Below, piece by piece: positions 1-11,830 of a DNA stretch of 64,000 bases. This DNA comes from Octopus sinensis (Eukaryota): assembly GCF_006345805.1 (NCBI RefSeq), contig NC_043004.1:30690001-30754000 (forward strand), written 5' to 3'. The position numbers were made by a program, and so were the translations under genes. Numbering within the stretch: the stretch's first letter is position 1; each line of letters starts with the position of its first letter. The notes under the pieces were generated by a model, which worked only from the letters and a program-made list of their open reading frames with translations, was not told the origin of the DNA and ran no database searches.

Positions 1-979
1 CTGTGAGATGCTAGCATTTCGGAGTAGTTATCTCTTCTTCAGTTACAGACACCAGGCAGGCAGGCAGGCAGCGCAACGAGCTGATTGAAGAGATTGACTC
101 TCTAATGCATTTCCAGTCACCACCAACTAAATACACACTATTTATTCGATCTTCACTTTAGTTTCATTATTGTGATTTTTAGTTTATTCGTCTGTCGAAG
201 TTCTTTCATCACACATTCCGTGATCTCTTCAGCGACTCTCCGTCCCATGAATCTTGCAAACCAAATACATAAACGTGCATGTGTATGTGTGTGCGCGCGT
301 GTTTGTGCGTGTGTGTGTGTGTGTGTGTGCTTGTCCATGTGCTCTATTGTATGTGTCTGCGTGTATACACCTATATACTGAGTCGATGTATAGTGAAACC
401 TACTATATACTTGTAAGTGTGCCACTATGGCCAATAGATAGTGAGTTAACATCAGGCCATTCAGTCAAGTAGCCCACTAGTGTATCAAGTTAAAGATCTA
501 GTAATCTTCAATATTTAATTTGTTTTGAAACCGTATAACTTTTGTTTGAATCTTATGATGACTTTTGCTCATTTTAAGAATATTCACACATTATATCTGA
601 GATTGGCTTTGAAAGTTGTTTTAACATTAGGTGTAATTACACTTTTAGATTAGATATTGTTTAATGTTGAACTATTTCTGTACTGTCTTCCTTCTCTCCC
701 AACAGGCAAGAAGATTCACACTGGATGTAGTCACCAGTTGTGAAGTATGAAGGTCAAACAACGAAACTTGATTATCTCTGTAAACCAGTCACGAATAAGA
801 TTATATTGGGTGTTTACGTGCGTGTGCGTGGGCTTATGCGTGTGTGTGCGCATGTGTGCGTGCGCTTGTGCATATGTGAGCGTCAGTGTGTATGTAAATA
901 TATATACACACACACATATATATATATATGTACATGCGTACATATACATAATTATATATATATATACATTTATATATAC

Positions 980-1150
980 GCATGGCTTAGTGGTTAGGGT
1001 GTTGCATTCACGACTGCGAAATCGTAGGTTCGATTCCCCGGACTAGGCGTTGCATTGTGTTCTTGAGCAAAGCACTTCATCTCACGTTGCTCTGCGATCA
1101 TCTCGTCATCTGACATGTGGCACACAGTGCATCTATACAGTTAATGTCAG
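980..1150 (+). mobile_element. tRNA-derived SINE (Octopus-type), degenerate
   Basis: A-box-like TGGCTTAGTGGTTAG and B-box-like GGTTCGATTCCC, then a non-tRNA body (TTGTGTTCTTGAGCAAAGCACTT). Follows a (TA)n tract. Confidence 0.75.
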
Positions 1151-1437
1151 CTTGCTCGCCTATATCAACTTGCTTACCATATCAGTCTGATGACGGAGAG
1201 CAAGCCGGAAGTTCGAAGACTCTCTCAACCTTTTCTTTATTGACCAGGTGCGCTTTTTTCACCTCCATTACCAATTAGTTGCCATGGTTTTTGTCATAAA
1301 TGCTCGCTCTGATGAGAGCAGAGTTATGTAATCGGGCTGTTATCTAACATCCGGTTTAACATCCAGTGCGAAAGCGATTTGTAATATTGGATGCAATGGA
1401 TATACAATGCACATCACTTCAATTAATATATAGGCGT

Positions 1438-1468
<31 letters not shown>

Positions 1469-1489
1469 CACACACACACACACAAAACA

Positions 1490-1680
1490 TATTAGACGTA
1501 CAATGACGATTTTAACACAGTATTTGTCACAACTGTCTGACGAACGAGAACGTTAAACTCTGAGTAATAGTTTTGTGATAATTTTGCAGCTTTAATAAAA
1601 AGCATATTACCCTACTTTTGGTATTCGAGTATTATTTTTTTTCCACCTTCTTTTGCACTTATGTGTTTACCTGTGTATGT
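1490..1680 (+). mobile_element. Penelope-type pseudo-LTR / 3' end relic carrying a minimal hammerhead-like motif
   Basis: CTGACGA-ACG(AGAA)CGT-TAAAC motif at 1537-1558, then AATAAA and a short tail running into (TA/CATA)n. Same layout as the 3' end of the PLE at 33.1 kb. Confidence 0.5.
1531..1572 (+). ncRNA. Minimal type I hammerhead ribozyme relic (G12U core substitution)
   Basis: Stem I AACTGT(1531-36)/ATAGTT(1567-72); core CTGACGA (1537-43); stem II ACG/CGT with AGAA loop; TAAA in place of GAAA; near-palindromic stem III ACTC-T-GAGT; GUA cleavage triplet. Confidence 0.6.
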
Positions 1681-1730
1681 ATATATACATACATACATAC
1701 AAGCATACATACAAAATTATAGACATATAC

Positions 1731-1780
<50 letters not shown>

Positions 1781-1838
1781 TAATGTAATACATATGTGTG
1801 TGTGCGTGTATACATACATAGATATGTGTGCCTGCGTG

Positions 1839-1869
<31 letters not shown>

Positions 1870-2679
1870 TGTGTGTGTGTGTGTGTTATATCAATTTGCA
1901 CTTTGTTTCTTCGTTGGAGAAAAACAATCTCAGACACACCATGCTTGAATAAATACCTGGATGGTCGCGACTGACGTGCTTATGATCCGAGATCTTCATC
2001 AACCAGTGCTAACCTGTCTTTAACGACCACCAACAAGCACAACAATGTTGGCAGACTAGAAATTCCAGAAGACTATGACTCTAGCGAGTTTTTTTTATGA
2101 CCAGAATGGACAAGGTGGGGTGCATCCAGAGAAAGGGGGGTGACTGTACTGAACTTGCTACATCAGACCAGATGTAGTATTGTAGCATCAATAAAAAAGA
2201 CAAATAACCTTGATTTTGTAAGCCCATAGTTGTAATGTTTGTCAGTGGGTATTAGCTGATCGGTCGAATGTCCTTCCTGTAAACATCGGAGATATTTTGG
2301 CAGTATTCTAGTTCCAGTGTGAGTAGCATTTTTTTTTTCTGGATCACTCACCTACTGATTCGAGCGAAAGAATTTTTAGACTCTGAAAAAGAATCCTTGT
2401 TTTTTGGGGTTTTTTTTTTGGGGGGGGGGGTTGTGATATAGATTTTGTTTTCTTTCGGCATCGTCTATTTACTGAAGCCTACGCTTGATAGCTATTAACA
2501 CCTGTGTACTTGATTCTATGTTTGTGCGTATAGTTGTGCTACTGGGTCCGATACTGTGCTGTAAATTTGTTGGTATCAGCTTCAGATAATTAAATATTTG
2601 TAGTCGTGTACTAGCATAAAAATTGTTTTATTCTAAACCAGGACATTGTGGAGCATGTTATATATTATACATGTTACGT

Positions 2680-2815
2680 ATGGGTGCAGTATGGCCGAAT
2701 GATTAAGAAGTTTGCTTTACAGCCACGAGTTTCCAGTTTCAAGCGCACTGCATTGTATCTTGGGCAAATGTTATTTTCTCTAGCCTCAAGTCGACCCATA
2801 CCTTGTGAGAGAAAC
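2680..2815 (+). mobile_element. Degenerate SINE fragment, same class as 2895-3290
   Basis: TTAAGAAGTTTGCTT...GCACTGCATTGTATCTTGGGCAAATG...TAGCCTCAAGTCGACCCATACCTTGTGAG parallels the adjacent SINE head. Confidence 0.6.
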
Positions 2816-2894
2816 CGAGTGGATTATACAATATAATTTAAATGGTACAGCTTTGTTACGCATTGAAGCTGATACGGTCTAAGAATTACATTAA

Positions 2895-3290
2895 GGCGCA
2901 GGCGTGGCTGTGTGCTAAGAAGCTTGCTTCCCAACCACATGGTTCCGGATTCAGTCCCACTGCGTGACACACTGGGAAACTGTCTTCTGTTATAGCCTCG
3001 GGTCAATCAAAGCCTTGTGAGTGGATTTGGTAGACGGAAACTGAAAAGAAGCCCGTCGTGTATATGCATAAATCTATGTGTCTTTGTGTCTGTGTTTGTC
3101 TCCTACCACTGCTTGATAACTGGTGTTGGTGTGTTTATGTCCTCCATTACTTAGCGATTTGACAAAAGAGACCGATAGAACAAGTACTAGGCTTGTACAA
3201 ATAAGTCCAGGGGTAGATTTATTCGACTAAAGCTCTTCAAGGTTATGCCCCAGCAAGGCTTCAATCAAATTACTGAAACAAGAAAAATAT
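2895..3290 (+). mobile_element. tRNA-derived SINE with full tail (Octopus OK/OR-class; subfamily not assigned)
   Basis: Head GGCGTGGCTGTGTG-TAAGAAGCTTGCTTCCCAACCACATGGTTCCGG-TTCAGTCCC; tail ...AAGTACTAGGCTT...ACTGAAAC shared with copies at 6170, 45715, 55260 and 63850. Confidence 0.85.
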
Positions 3291-4341
3291 AAAAGATATA
3301 AGACAAGCATACACGTGTCTGTGGAATGCTCAGCCACTTATACGTTAATTCAAGAGCAGGTAATTCAGGTGATCGAAGAACTGAATCCTCATCCTTCAAT
3401 TATTCACCATCCCAATGCAATGTAGTTTTCTAGGGGAGATTTAAGAAATTGTGAGTGGAGAAGCAACTTCGAGGGTTATTTATAACGACTTTGCGGGAAA
3501 CAGTAAACTTCTTATCTAAGTGATAAGAGATGGATGTCGTCCATGGGGTTCTATTAGACACAGGAGAAGGATCTACTGATGTCCAGTGTAACAAAATTAC
3601 TTCGACTAAAGTTGTCAGTGACGAGGCACCACAGGTATGTAACAGAGGCGAACAAGATTCAAGCATGTCTGACTCTATGGAAACCAAACCGGCGATAATG
3701 GAAAGAGACCCCAAATAATAAAGGAGAGGACTGTTTGCAATTGTACCTTGCAACTGTACCACTAGCTTTGAAAAGTTAGATTTGTGATCGATAAAGCGTC
3801 AATTGATATTGATTATCCTGCATACAATTTCGGTGGATATTGTAAACAATAGTGTAAGCATTTGACAAATATCTATTCATAAAACATATAATATCCTTTC
3901 CGACGGCCAATGCTAAAATTGGTAAAGTCCTCCAGGAAAATTTTCTTGCATGACAACAGCGATTTATGCATTGGCAAACATCAATAAAGAAAAGTAAAAT
4001 ACCTTAGATTGATCGTTAAAAGGTTTTTTTGCCATTTTTACAATCCTTTATTTTAAAAGGTTTTCGTTTCTTCTTTTTTTATATTTTAGTTCAAGATTGA
4101 GATGAAATATCCTTTAGCTAAAACATAAAGAGACGCCAGTAACATCTATAATATTGAGAAAAGGTATAAAGATACCAATAAATCACACAAATTCTACAGG
4201 AAATGCTGGCATTTTAAAAGATTGTCGCAAAACTCTTCAACTCATAATGCAATTCACGAGAAGGATAATCCATAAAACATCCAACACACACACACACCAA
4301 ACCCAAACATCCCCCAAAACACACACACACACACACATACG

Positions 4342-4445
<104 letters not shown>

Positions 4446-4492
4446 CATGCCACTGATCTCTCTGAGTAATTTTTATCAGCTCAATTATGTTT

Positions 4493-4531
<39 letters not shown>

Positions 4532-4683
4532 ATGACCATGGCATTCTACCTAGAAAGTTCCCCTCCGAAGCACAGGTCTGAACAAGGTTGTTTATGGAAG
4601 ACCAGCAGTCGCCCATGTATACCTTAGTCAATGCACGGCGATCGCTTATATACTTTCTTATATATTATTGTTTTGTTGTTGTT

Positions 4684-4722
<39 letters not shown>

Positions 4723-5136
4723 AACAGACTGTAAAATTCGGCATCGCTTAACAATTAATCGAAGAAAACGCACGTAGAAAGATTGCTTACAAAAAAAAAA
4801 AAAAAAAAAAACCGAAAACACTATGAACTATAGTTCTTAAATCTGACGAAAAAAATATTAGGCTATACGTTAGTGTAAAAGGTAACACACTTGTCCCAAA
4901 TACAGAAAAGTGTAGTTTCGAGTCTCTTGTGTACGGAAAGCCTTACTTTTTTTCTGTCGAGGATTTATTTGCCCCAATATTAGACTATTTACCTTAGTCA
5001 ATGCACAGTAGCCGCTTATAAGCTTTAAGCTTATAAAATATTATTATTATTTACAGATATATATATATATATATAAGAAAATGAGATGACAAAAGAATAA
5101 ACGATTATCTTATGGATTTTATTAGCTTAAAACTGC

Positions 5137-5213
5137 TTCTTCTACAAGATACACTATATAGCCTCATTGAAGCATTGAATATGAAGTTATTAGTTTCGCA
5201 ATGCCAAAGCGAA

Positions 5214-5247
<34 letters not shown>

Positions 5248-5324
5248 TTCGCTTTGGCATTGCGAAACTAATAACTTCATATTCAATGCTTTAATGAGGC
5301 TATATAGTGTATCTTGTAGAAGAA
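5137..5324. repeat. Near-perfect fold-back palindrome (about 81-bp arms) centred on (TA)n
   Basis: 5137-5217 is the reverse complement of 5243-5324 with one mismatch (CATTGAAGC vs CATTAAAGC). Confidence 0.95.
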
Positions 5325-5367
5325 TAGTCTAATATATATATATATAGTGTATCTTGTAGAAGAATAG

Positions 5368-5405
<38 letters not shown>

Positions 5406-6108
5406 TAAGAATACAAAAAATGGGACAAGAGCGCAAAAGGTGACAACAAGAATTCCAGACAGTTAGATGATACAAAAAGGGTCAAGAAAAAACAAGGACT
5501 TTTTCATCAGTCGAGTTCCAGATTATCTTTGCAGTTTCGGCTGGTTATACTCGAGACTGCTCCAATCTGGCCAGCCCCAAGGAAAATCTAAGCTAAGACC
5601 ACTAGATTCCTCGGAAGAAAGCAGCGAATGTATAGGAAAACAAGGTCGGGAAAAAATGGAGAAATGATACACAAATACAAATGCAAACAACAGGACATAA
5701 ACAACAGGTGCCTTTCGACTAAGGCCAAATTAAATTAAGCTGGCGTGTGCGGAAGTAAAGCCTTATGGCAGGGACATAAGAGATGACAGGCATGGGAAGG
5801 AATATAGATGTTGCACAAATGATAGTTGAACCAAGAAAGAAAAGTCAGGCTTGGCCGAACACCGGTCACGTGGAAGGAGAGGTAGAGGGATAGAAGAATT
5901 AGGAGGGACGAGAAAAAAAGAAAAGGGACAGAGTGAAGTGAATGGAGGGAAGGTGAGAATGAAGGGAAAGCCAGGAAATGTGAGAGAGGGGGGAGCGAAA
6001 GAAAGAAGAGTGGAAAGAACGAAGTAAGTGTGAAGGGGCTGAAAGAAAGAATGAAAGAATGAGTGAGTCGTACAAAATTTATATATATATATATATATAT
6101 ATAAAAAA

Positions 6109-6141
<33 letters not shown>

Positions 6142-6514
6142 GGGGGGGGGCGGTGTACTTACATACAAAACAACCTTTTGAATTAGTACCAGGTTTGAAA
6201 GAATAAGCACTTCTACAGACTAAAAATCCTCCAAACTAGTGCTCTAGCATGGCCGTAGTCTAATGACTGAAACAAATATGGGGATTAACGATAAAAGATA
6301 TATATATATATATAGGCACAGACGATAGGAAAATGAAGAGAAAATAACAATAAGAAGTGTGTCTTTTGTGCTAGAAGCCATTATTTCTTAACTAATTAAA
6401 TAATGGCTTCCAAGCGCAAAACACACACTTCTTATTTTTATTTTTATTCCATTTTCTTATCGTCTATATAAACTAAACTACGATTTACCCGCCAAATTAC
6501 CTGCTGCCGTACGA

Positions 6515-7072
6515 GTTAAATACGTAAACAACGAGAAAAATGGAAAACAGGACAAGTAAACACAGAGAAAGAGCCTTCATCAGTTGTCAGCTGTCTATCT
6601 ACTCCTCATTTCCAGTATTCAATGGCAATATGAGTCTTTCAAGACAGTTGCTCCCATAAATTCTAAAATAAAATTTTAGGATTTATGGAGGGTCAAAGTT
6701 GGGAACAAAAACATGACAGAGGAGACATACAAGGAAACCGAACGTAAACAAATATGGAGGCTCATTAGACCAGAACGAGAGGAAAATAGTGAACACTGGG
6801 AGAAATATTTTTTGGAAAAGAGAAAAGATAGAAAAGATAGAATAAAACGTCTGCTCTTTTGAACGTCCGTGAAGGAAAAAAAGATGGACGATGGTCACGT
6901 GTGGGCAACGAGAGAGAGAGAGGGGGGGGAGAGAAACAGACAGAAAAAGGTGAAGGACGGAGGGGAGAAAAGGGAATTAGAGAAGGATGGAGGAAGACAA
7001 CAGTGTAGAGAAGAGAGATAAACTTAATTGGAAATGAATGCGTGGCGTTTAGTTAAATAATAAATTGTAAAT
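6515..7072. mobile_element. Dispersed ~650-bp non-coding repeat family, copy 1
   Basis: Aligns with 7294-7727 and 52578-53235 (TACGTAAACAACGAG...CCTTCATCAGTTGTC...GGAGGGTCAAAGTTGGGAAC...TCATTAGACCAGAAC...AACTTA(A/C)TTGGAAATG). Confidence 0.75.
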
Positions 7073-7152
7073 AACATATATACATACATGCATACATACA
7101 TGCATACATACATGCATATATACATGCATGCATGCATGCATACATACATACA

Positions 7153-7221
<69 letters not shown>

Positions 7222-7226
7222 TATAT

Positions 7227-7273
<47 letters not shown>

Positions 7274-7293
7274 TATATATACATGCATATATG

Positions 7294-7808
7294 GGTACAG
7301 GACGTCACCAACGGTTCAAACAACATGAAATACGTAAACAACGAGAAGGAAAATGGTAAACAGGACAAGCAAACACAGAGAAAAGACCCTTCATCAGTTG
7401 TCGGCTGTCTATCAACTCCTCATTTCGAACATTCAATGACAATATGAATCTTCAAAGACAGTTGCTCCCATAAATTTTAAAATATAATTTAGGAATTATG
7501 GAGGCTCAAAGTTGGGAACAAAAACATGACAGTGGAGACATACAAGACCGAACGAAAACAGACATGGAGGGTCGTTAGACCAGAACGAGAGGAAAATAAA
7601 CTGTGAGAAATTTTTATATTTTTTTTTTTTTTGTAAAGAGAAAGGATAGAAGAGGCAGAATAAAACGTCCGCTCTTTTGAACGTCCATGCAGGAAAAGAA
7701 AGACGGTCACGTGAGGAAAAGAAAGATGATACTGTTTTCTTCTTTCTATCTTTCTTTTCTTCACGTGATCATCTTTCTTTTCCTGCACTGACGTTCAAAA
7801 GAGCGGAC
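7294..7808. mobile_element. Same repeat family, copy 2, truncated and ending in a 61-bp inverted duplication
   Basis: Starts at (TA)n-GGTACAGGACGTCAC like copy 3. 7667-7727 is inverted at 7748-7808. Confidence 0.75.
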
Positions 7809-7834
7809 TTTTTTTTTCTGATATAAATTTCACA

Positions 7835-10235
7835 GACACAATTGACATTTTATGTAAAGACGTTCAGTGAAAACAAATCGTTGTTCAACACACGTTGGAA
7901 GTGTTTGAACACTGAGAAAAGAGAAGACGAAGACTTTATCATACATGCAGGCAGCATGAACAAAGAGTGCGATGGATTAAACTGGATAAACTAACTCCAG
8001 ACTCGTTCAAGTACCTTACTTTTGCTCAGGGACTTACAGCTAAAAAGGACGCAAAAGTCAGCAGGAAAATTCTCGCAAAGCTGGAAATGAACCAGGATAT
8101 AACTCTCCAGGACTGTCAAAAGAGTGTCATATGATATTAAATGTAAGGCACGACAAAGAAGAGATTGTTTACAGATAAAATCAATGTGCAAGAGTTGGAA
8201 GACAAAGTGTTTCACAAAAAACACGATATACAACAGAAGATAAACCCATGTATGGCATGCGGTGGTAGGCACCTGAGAAAAGAGTGTCCATTCAAAAAGG
8301 CAAAGTGTTTTCGTTGTGGGAACACAGGACATATCAAATTGCACTGCAGAACTAAGATGATAAAAAATCGAACCAAATGAGAAAAAAGAAATTGTTTGTC
8401 ATCAGAGAAAAAAGTTTATACAACGAACAGAAAATTCATCAAGGTGAGAATCGAAAGCACTAGTGTCAAAATGCAATTAGACACAGGTAGTGACATCATA
8501 ATCAAAAATGAAGAAACATGGCGACAAATCGGTGAGCCGAAATTATTTAAAGTGTTACATGAGAGAAATTATATTTCATCGGCGAATGTATTTGCAATGT
8601 AACTTTTCGAGATGAAACGAAAAGGACAATCGTTTATGTGTTGAGAAATCACTAAACTTATTTAGCACAGAATGCATGGAGTTATTTGAAATGTGGGAGA
8701 CCCCCATTAGTGTTTTCTGTGAAAATGTAGTCAACACGGTTAAAAGTTCGAATGAAGTCAAACAAACGAAACAAAAAAGTTTTAAATTGTTTCTAAATAT
8801 CATTATTTATTTACTTATTTATTTATTTTTTTAAGGATTAGGCTATTGCACTAAAACAAAAGCGAGGATCGCGGAAAAAGAAAAGGCAACATCTGTTTTT
8901 TAGGCCCAAACGGAACGTACCGTTTGCGGCGTTGGACCAGGTCAATAAAGAGCTAGAAAGACTAGAAAGTCTAGCTATAATTGAAAAAGTCGACCATTCA
9001 GACTGGGCAGCTCCAATGGTTTATGTAAAGAAAAAAATAATAACCTTATAGTGTGTGCTGACTTTTCGACTGGATTAAATGACTGTTTAGCTGAACACAA
9101 TTATCCATTACCAAGTCCAGAAGAAGTGTTTTCAAAACTAAATGGAGGAAAAATGTTCTCGAAGTTAGACCTCTCGGCGGCCTATCTACAGATACAGGTA
9201 GAGGAAGACTGCGCTCACTTTTTAACAGTCAACACACATCGTGGATTGTATTAATTCTAGCGGCTTTCTTCTGGAGTAAAAGTGGCACCTGCAATATTCC
9301 AACAAATGATGGATGCAATGTTAAATGATTGCAACTTCGCTGTCGCTTATCGCGATGATATTTTGATAAAGAGCGAGACAGAGGAGCAACACTTTGAACA
9401 TATAAAAAAGTATACAGGAAAATAAATAAATACGGGTTTAGACTAACAGAAGAAAAGTGTGAATTTTAGATGAAAAAAAATCAAATATTTGGGTCAAATG
9501 ATTGACGAAAGGGGACGAAGACCAAACCAATCAAGGGCAACAGCAATACGGAATATACCTCCCCCAACGAACGTCAAATTGTTACAAGCATTTTTAGGCT
9601 TGGTAAACTATATTACTATCAATCATATATCCAAAATATACACAACACAACGAGCTGTTAAAAAAGGATGCCAAATGATTTTGCTTAGAAAAATGCTAGA
9701 AGGCATTTGAGGAACCAAAAAGCATGTTACCTTCAGACTTGTCGCTTACACACTTCGATCCGAAGTCGGAAACGATACGGGCAACAGATGCTAGTGAGTA
9801 CAAGATAGGTGCCTTACTCTTACACAAATGTGAAGATAGCAGCCAAAAGGACGCTATTGCCAGCGGGAAAAAATTATAGCCAAATTGAAAAGGAGGCAAT
9901 GGCGATTATATTTGGCATAAAAATGTTCCACAGGTTTATACATGGTAGACGGTTTAGACTACAAACTGACCATCGCTGGTTGCTAACGATTTATGAATTC
10001 AAGAAAGGAATGCTAGTGCATACAGCAAACAGGTTGCAGCGATGGGGCACCATACTACTAAACTACGACTACGCCATGGAATGTTTACCTTCGAAAAAGC
10101 TCGGACATGCTGATGGCCTATCCAGGTTAATATCTAGAAATGGCGAACCATTCGAGGACACAGTAATAGCAGCCCTAAGAGCCGAAGGAGAAATTAAACA
10201 CAGAATATGGAACATTGTACGCCATAGAAACCGGG
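7835..10235 (+). mobile_element. Decayed Ty3/gypsy LTR retrotransposon gag-pol (K02A2.6-like); no integrase or LTRs seen
   Basis: Gag SLFNTRWKCL; zinc knuckle CFRCGNTGHIKLHC; protease MQLDTGSD; RT WAAPMVYV...CADFSTGLN...FSKLDLSAAYLQI...AYRDDILI; RNase H TDASEY...NYSQIEKEAMAIIFG...TDH...HADGLSRL. Many stops and frameshifts. Confidence 0.95.
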
Positions 10236-10304
10236 AAACCGGGCTCATGAGCCTGGCTAGGCTTGAAAAGGGCGCATAAAAATATCATTATTATTATTAA
10301 TAAT

Positions 10305-10590
10305 AATATTCAGTAGTTTTGTTTTTGTCACATGCTTTCACAACACTACCAAGCGCAGCTCCATGCACCTTGGGTATGTGCTGTGTTTTGTTGTGATGCT
10401 TTTATTGTGACTGTATTGAAAGTGTTTTACGTAGGATGTGTGCGGTGCCTATTAGTATTATTTTCTGTATGTTACATATACTTGTAAGTCCTCGTATTTT
10501 TGTTATATATTTCTCTGGATATTTTTTTATCATACCTAATGCGTCTACTGTGATAGAAATTGTTTCTACTTTTAGATCCTGTTTTCATTG
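10305..10590 (-). mobile_element. R4/Dong-type LINE 3' end fragment
   Basis: Homologous to 22428-22700 (TTCAGTAGTTTT...CTACC(A/G)AGCGCAGCTC...CCTTGGGTATGTGCTGTG); abuts a (TTA)n tract. Confidence 0.8.
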
Positions 10591-11339
10591 TTGTTATTGT
10601 TGTTATATGTTTTTGTACAAATTGGCTCCGAGGCGTTTTTCATTTTAACCATTTCACTTTGAGTCATAACGCTAATTCTGTGCTGCTGAAGAGCAAATTG
10701 AATTTCGTTAAATTTGGAGTCAACAAAACCATCGGTCATTTGTGGTCCTAAATATCTCATTACAAAAGTAAAGAAGACGGCCATCTCTATTTATCATACT
10801 TGCGTGACATAAATAAACGATCAAATGATTGATGGATTGATGGAAGAGGTGATGAACGGAAAGACACAAAACAAATCGAAGGTTCACAGATTTTTATATC
10901 ATGTCCCATAATATTAATGAGATAACTGTAAATAGAGAAAACAGTTCCAAGATAATTCTCTCACACCAGATCGAATTTCCTCCCAGAACAGCGTCTCATT
11001 TTTCAATGTTTTTCACCATTTGTATGACCTTCAGCAATTCAATAAAGTATGTTTTGGGTTCAAACCACCTTTGAGGCCATAAACGTATTAAATTAACTCA
11101 TTTTGACTTTACCACAAACTCAAGAAAACAAATAATAGAAAGATGGGGATAAACAATATATTCGGTAATCATTCTCAGTTCGGTAGAAAAATTATAACAA
11201 AGGAAATAAATTATGTCTCCTCAAAGAGAAAAACCAATTTATCAAAGAAAGCAGGAATAACGAAACACAAGAAATATCAAGGAACATATTTTCAAAAGAT
11301 AACACACACTCATAGGTTATGAAATATATATCTGCGTGT

Positions 11340-11417
11340 GTGTATACGTGTGTGTTTGTATTTATTTATTTATTTATATATATATAAACAATATATATAT
11401 ATATATATATTTATATA

Positions 11418-11458
<41 letters not shown>

Positions 11459-11657
11459 CATATATATATATACATATAAATATATATACATACATATATA
11501 TACACATACATATATAGACATATATATATACACATATACATATATACATATATACATATATACAGATATATACATATATACATACATATATATATATACA
11601 TATATATATATATGTATATATACATATATACACATTCATGTATGTATAAATATATAT

Positions 11658-11701
<44 letters not shown>

Positions 11702-11715
11702 TATATACATACATA

Positions 11716-11760
<45 letters not shown>

Positions 11761-11762
11761 TA

Positions 11763-11793
<31 letters not shown>

Positions 11794-11830
11794 ACATACG
11801 CATATATTTGTATTCCTTCCATTCTTCGAT
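11340..11830. repeat. Long (TA)n/(TACA)n compound microsatellite
   Basis: Direct reading. Source of the spurious YIYI ORFs. Confidence 0.95.

Noticed and set aside
706-745. Plus-strand exon reading KKIHTG (C2H2 linker-like) after a good acceptor
   Set aside because: There are no upstream Cys/His fingers, all frames stop within 15 codons, and no partner exon was found.
980-1050. tRNA gene (also at 29940-30010 and 46180-46255)
   Set aside because: A and B boxes are present, but there is no acceptor stem or cloverleaf and the sequence runs into SINE bodies.
6575-6590. Minus-strand CTGATGA in the 650-bp family (also near 7390) as a hammerhead core
   Set aside because: No stem II closing onto GAAA and no compatible stem III.
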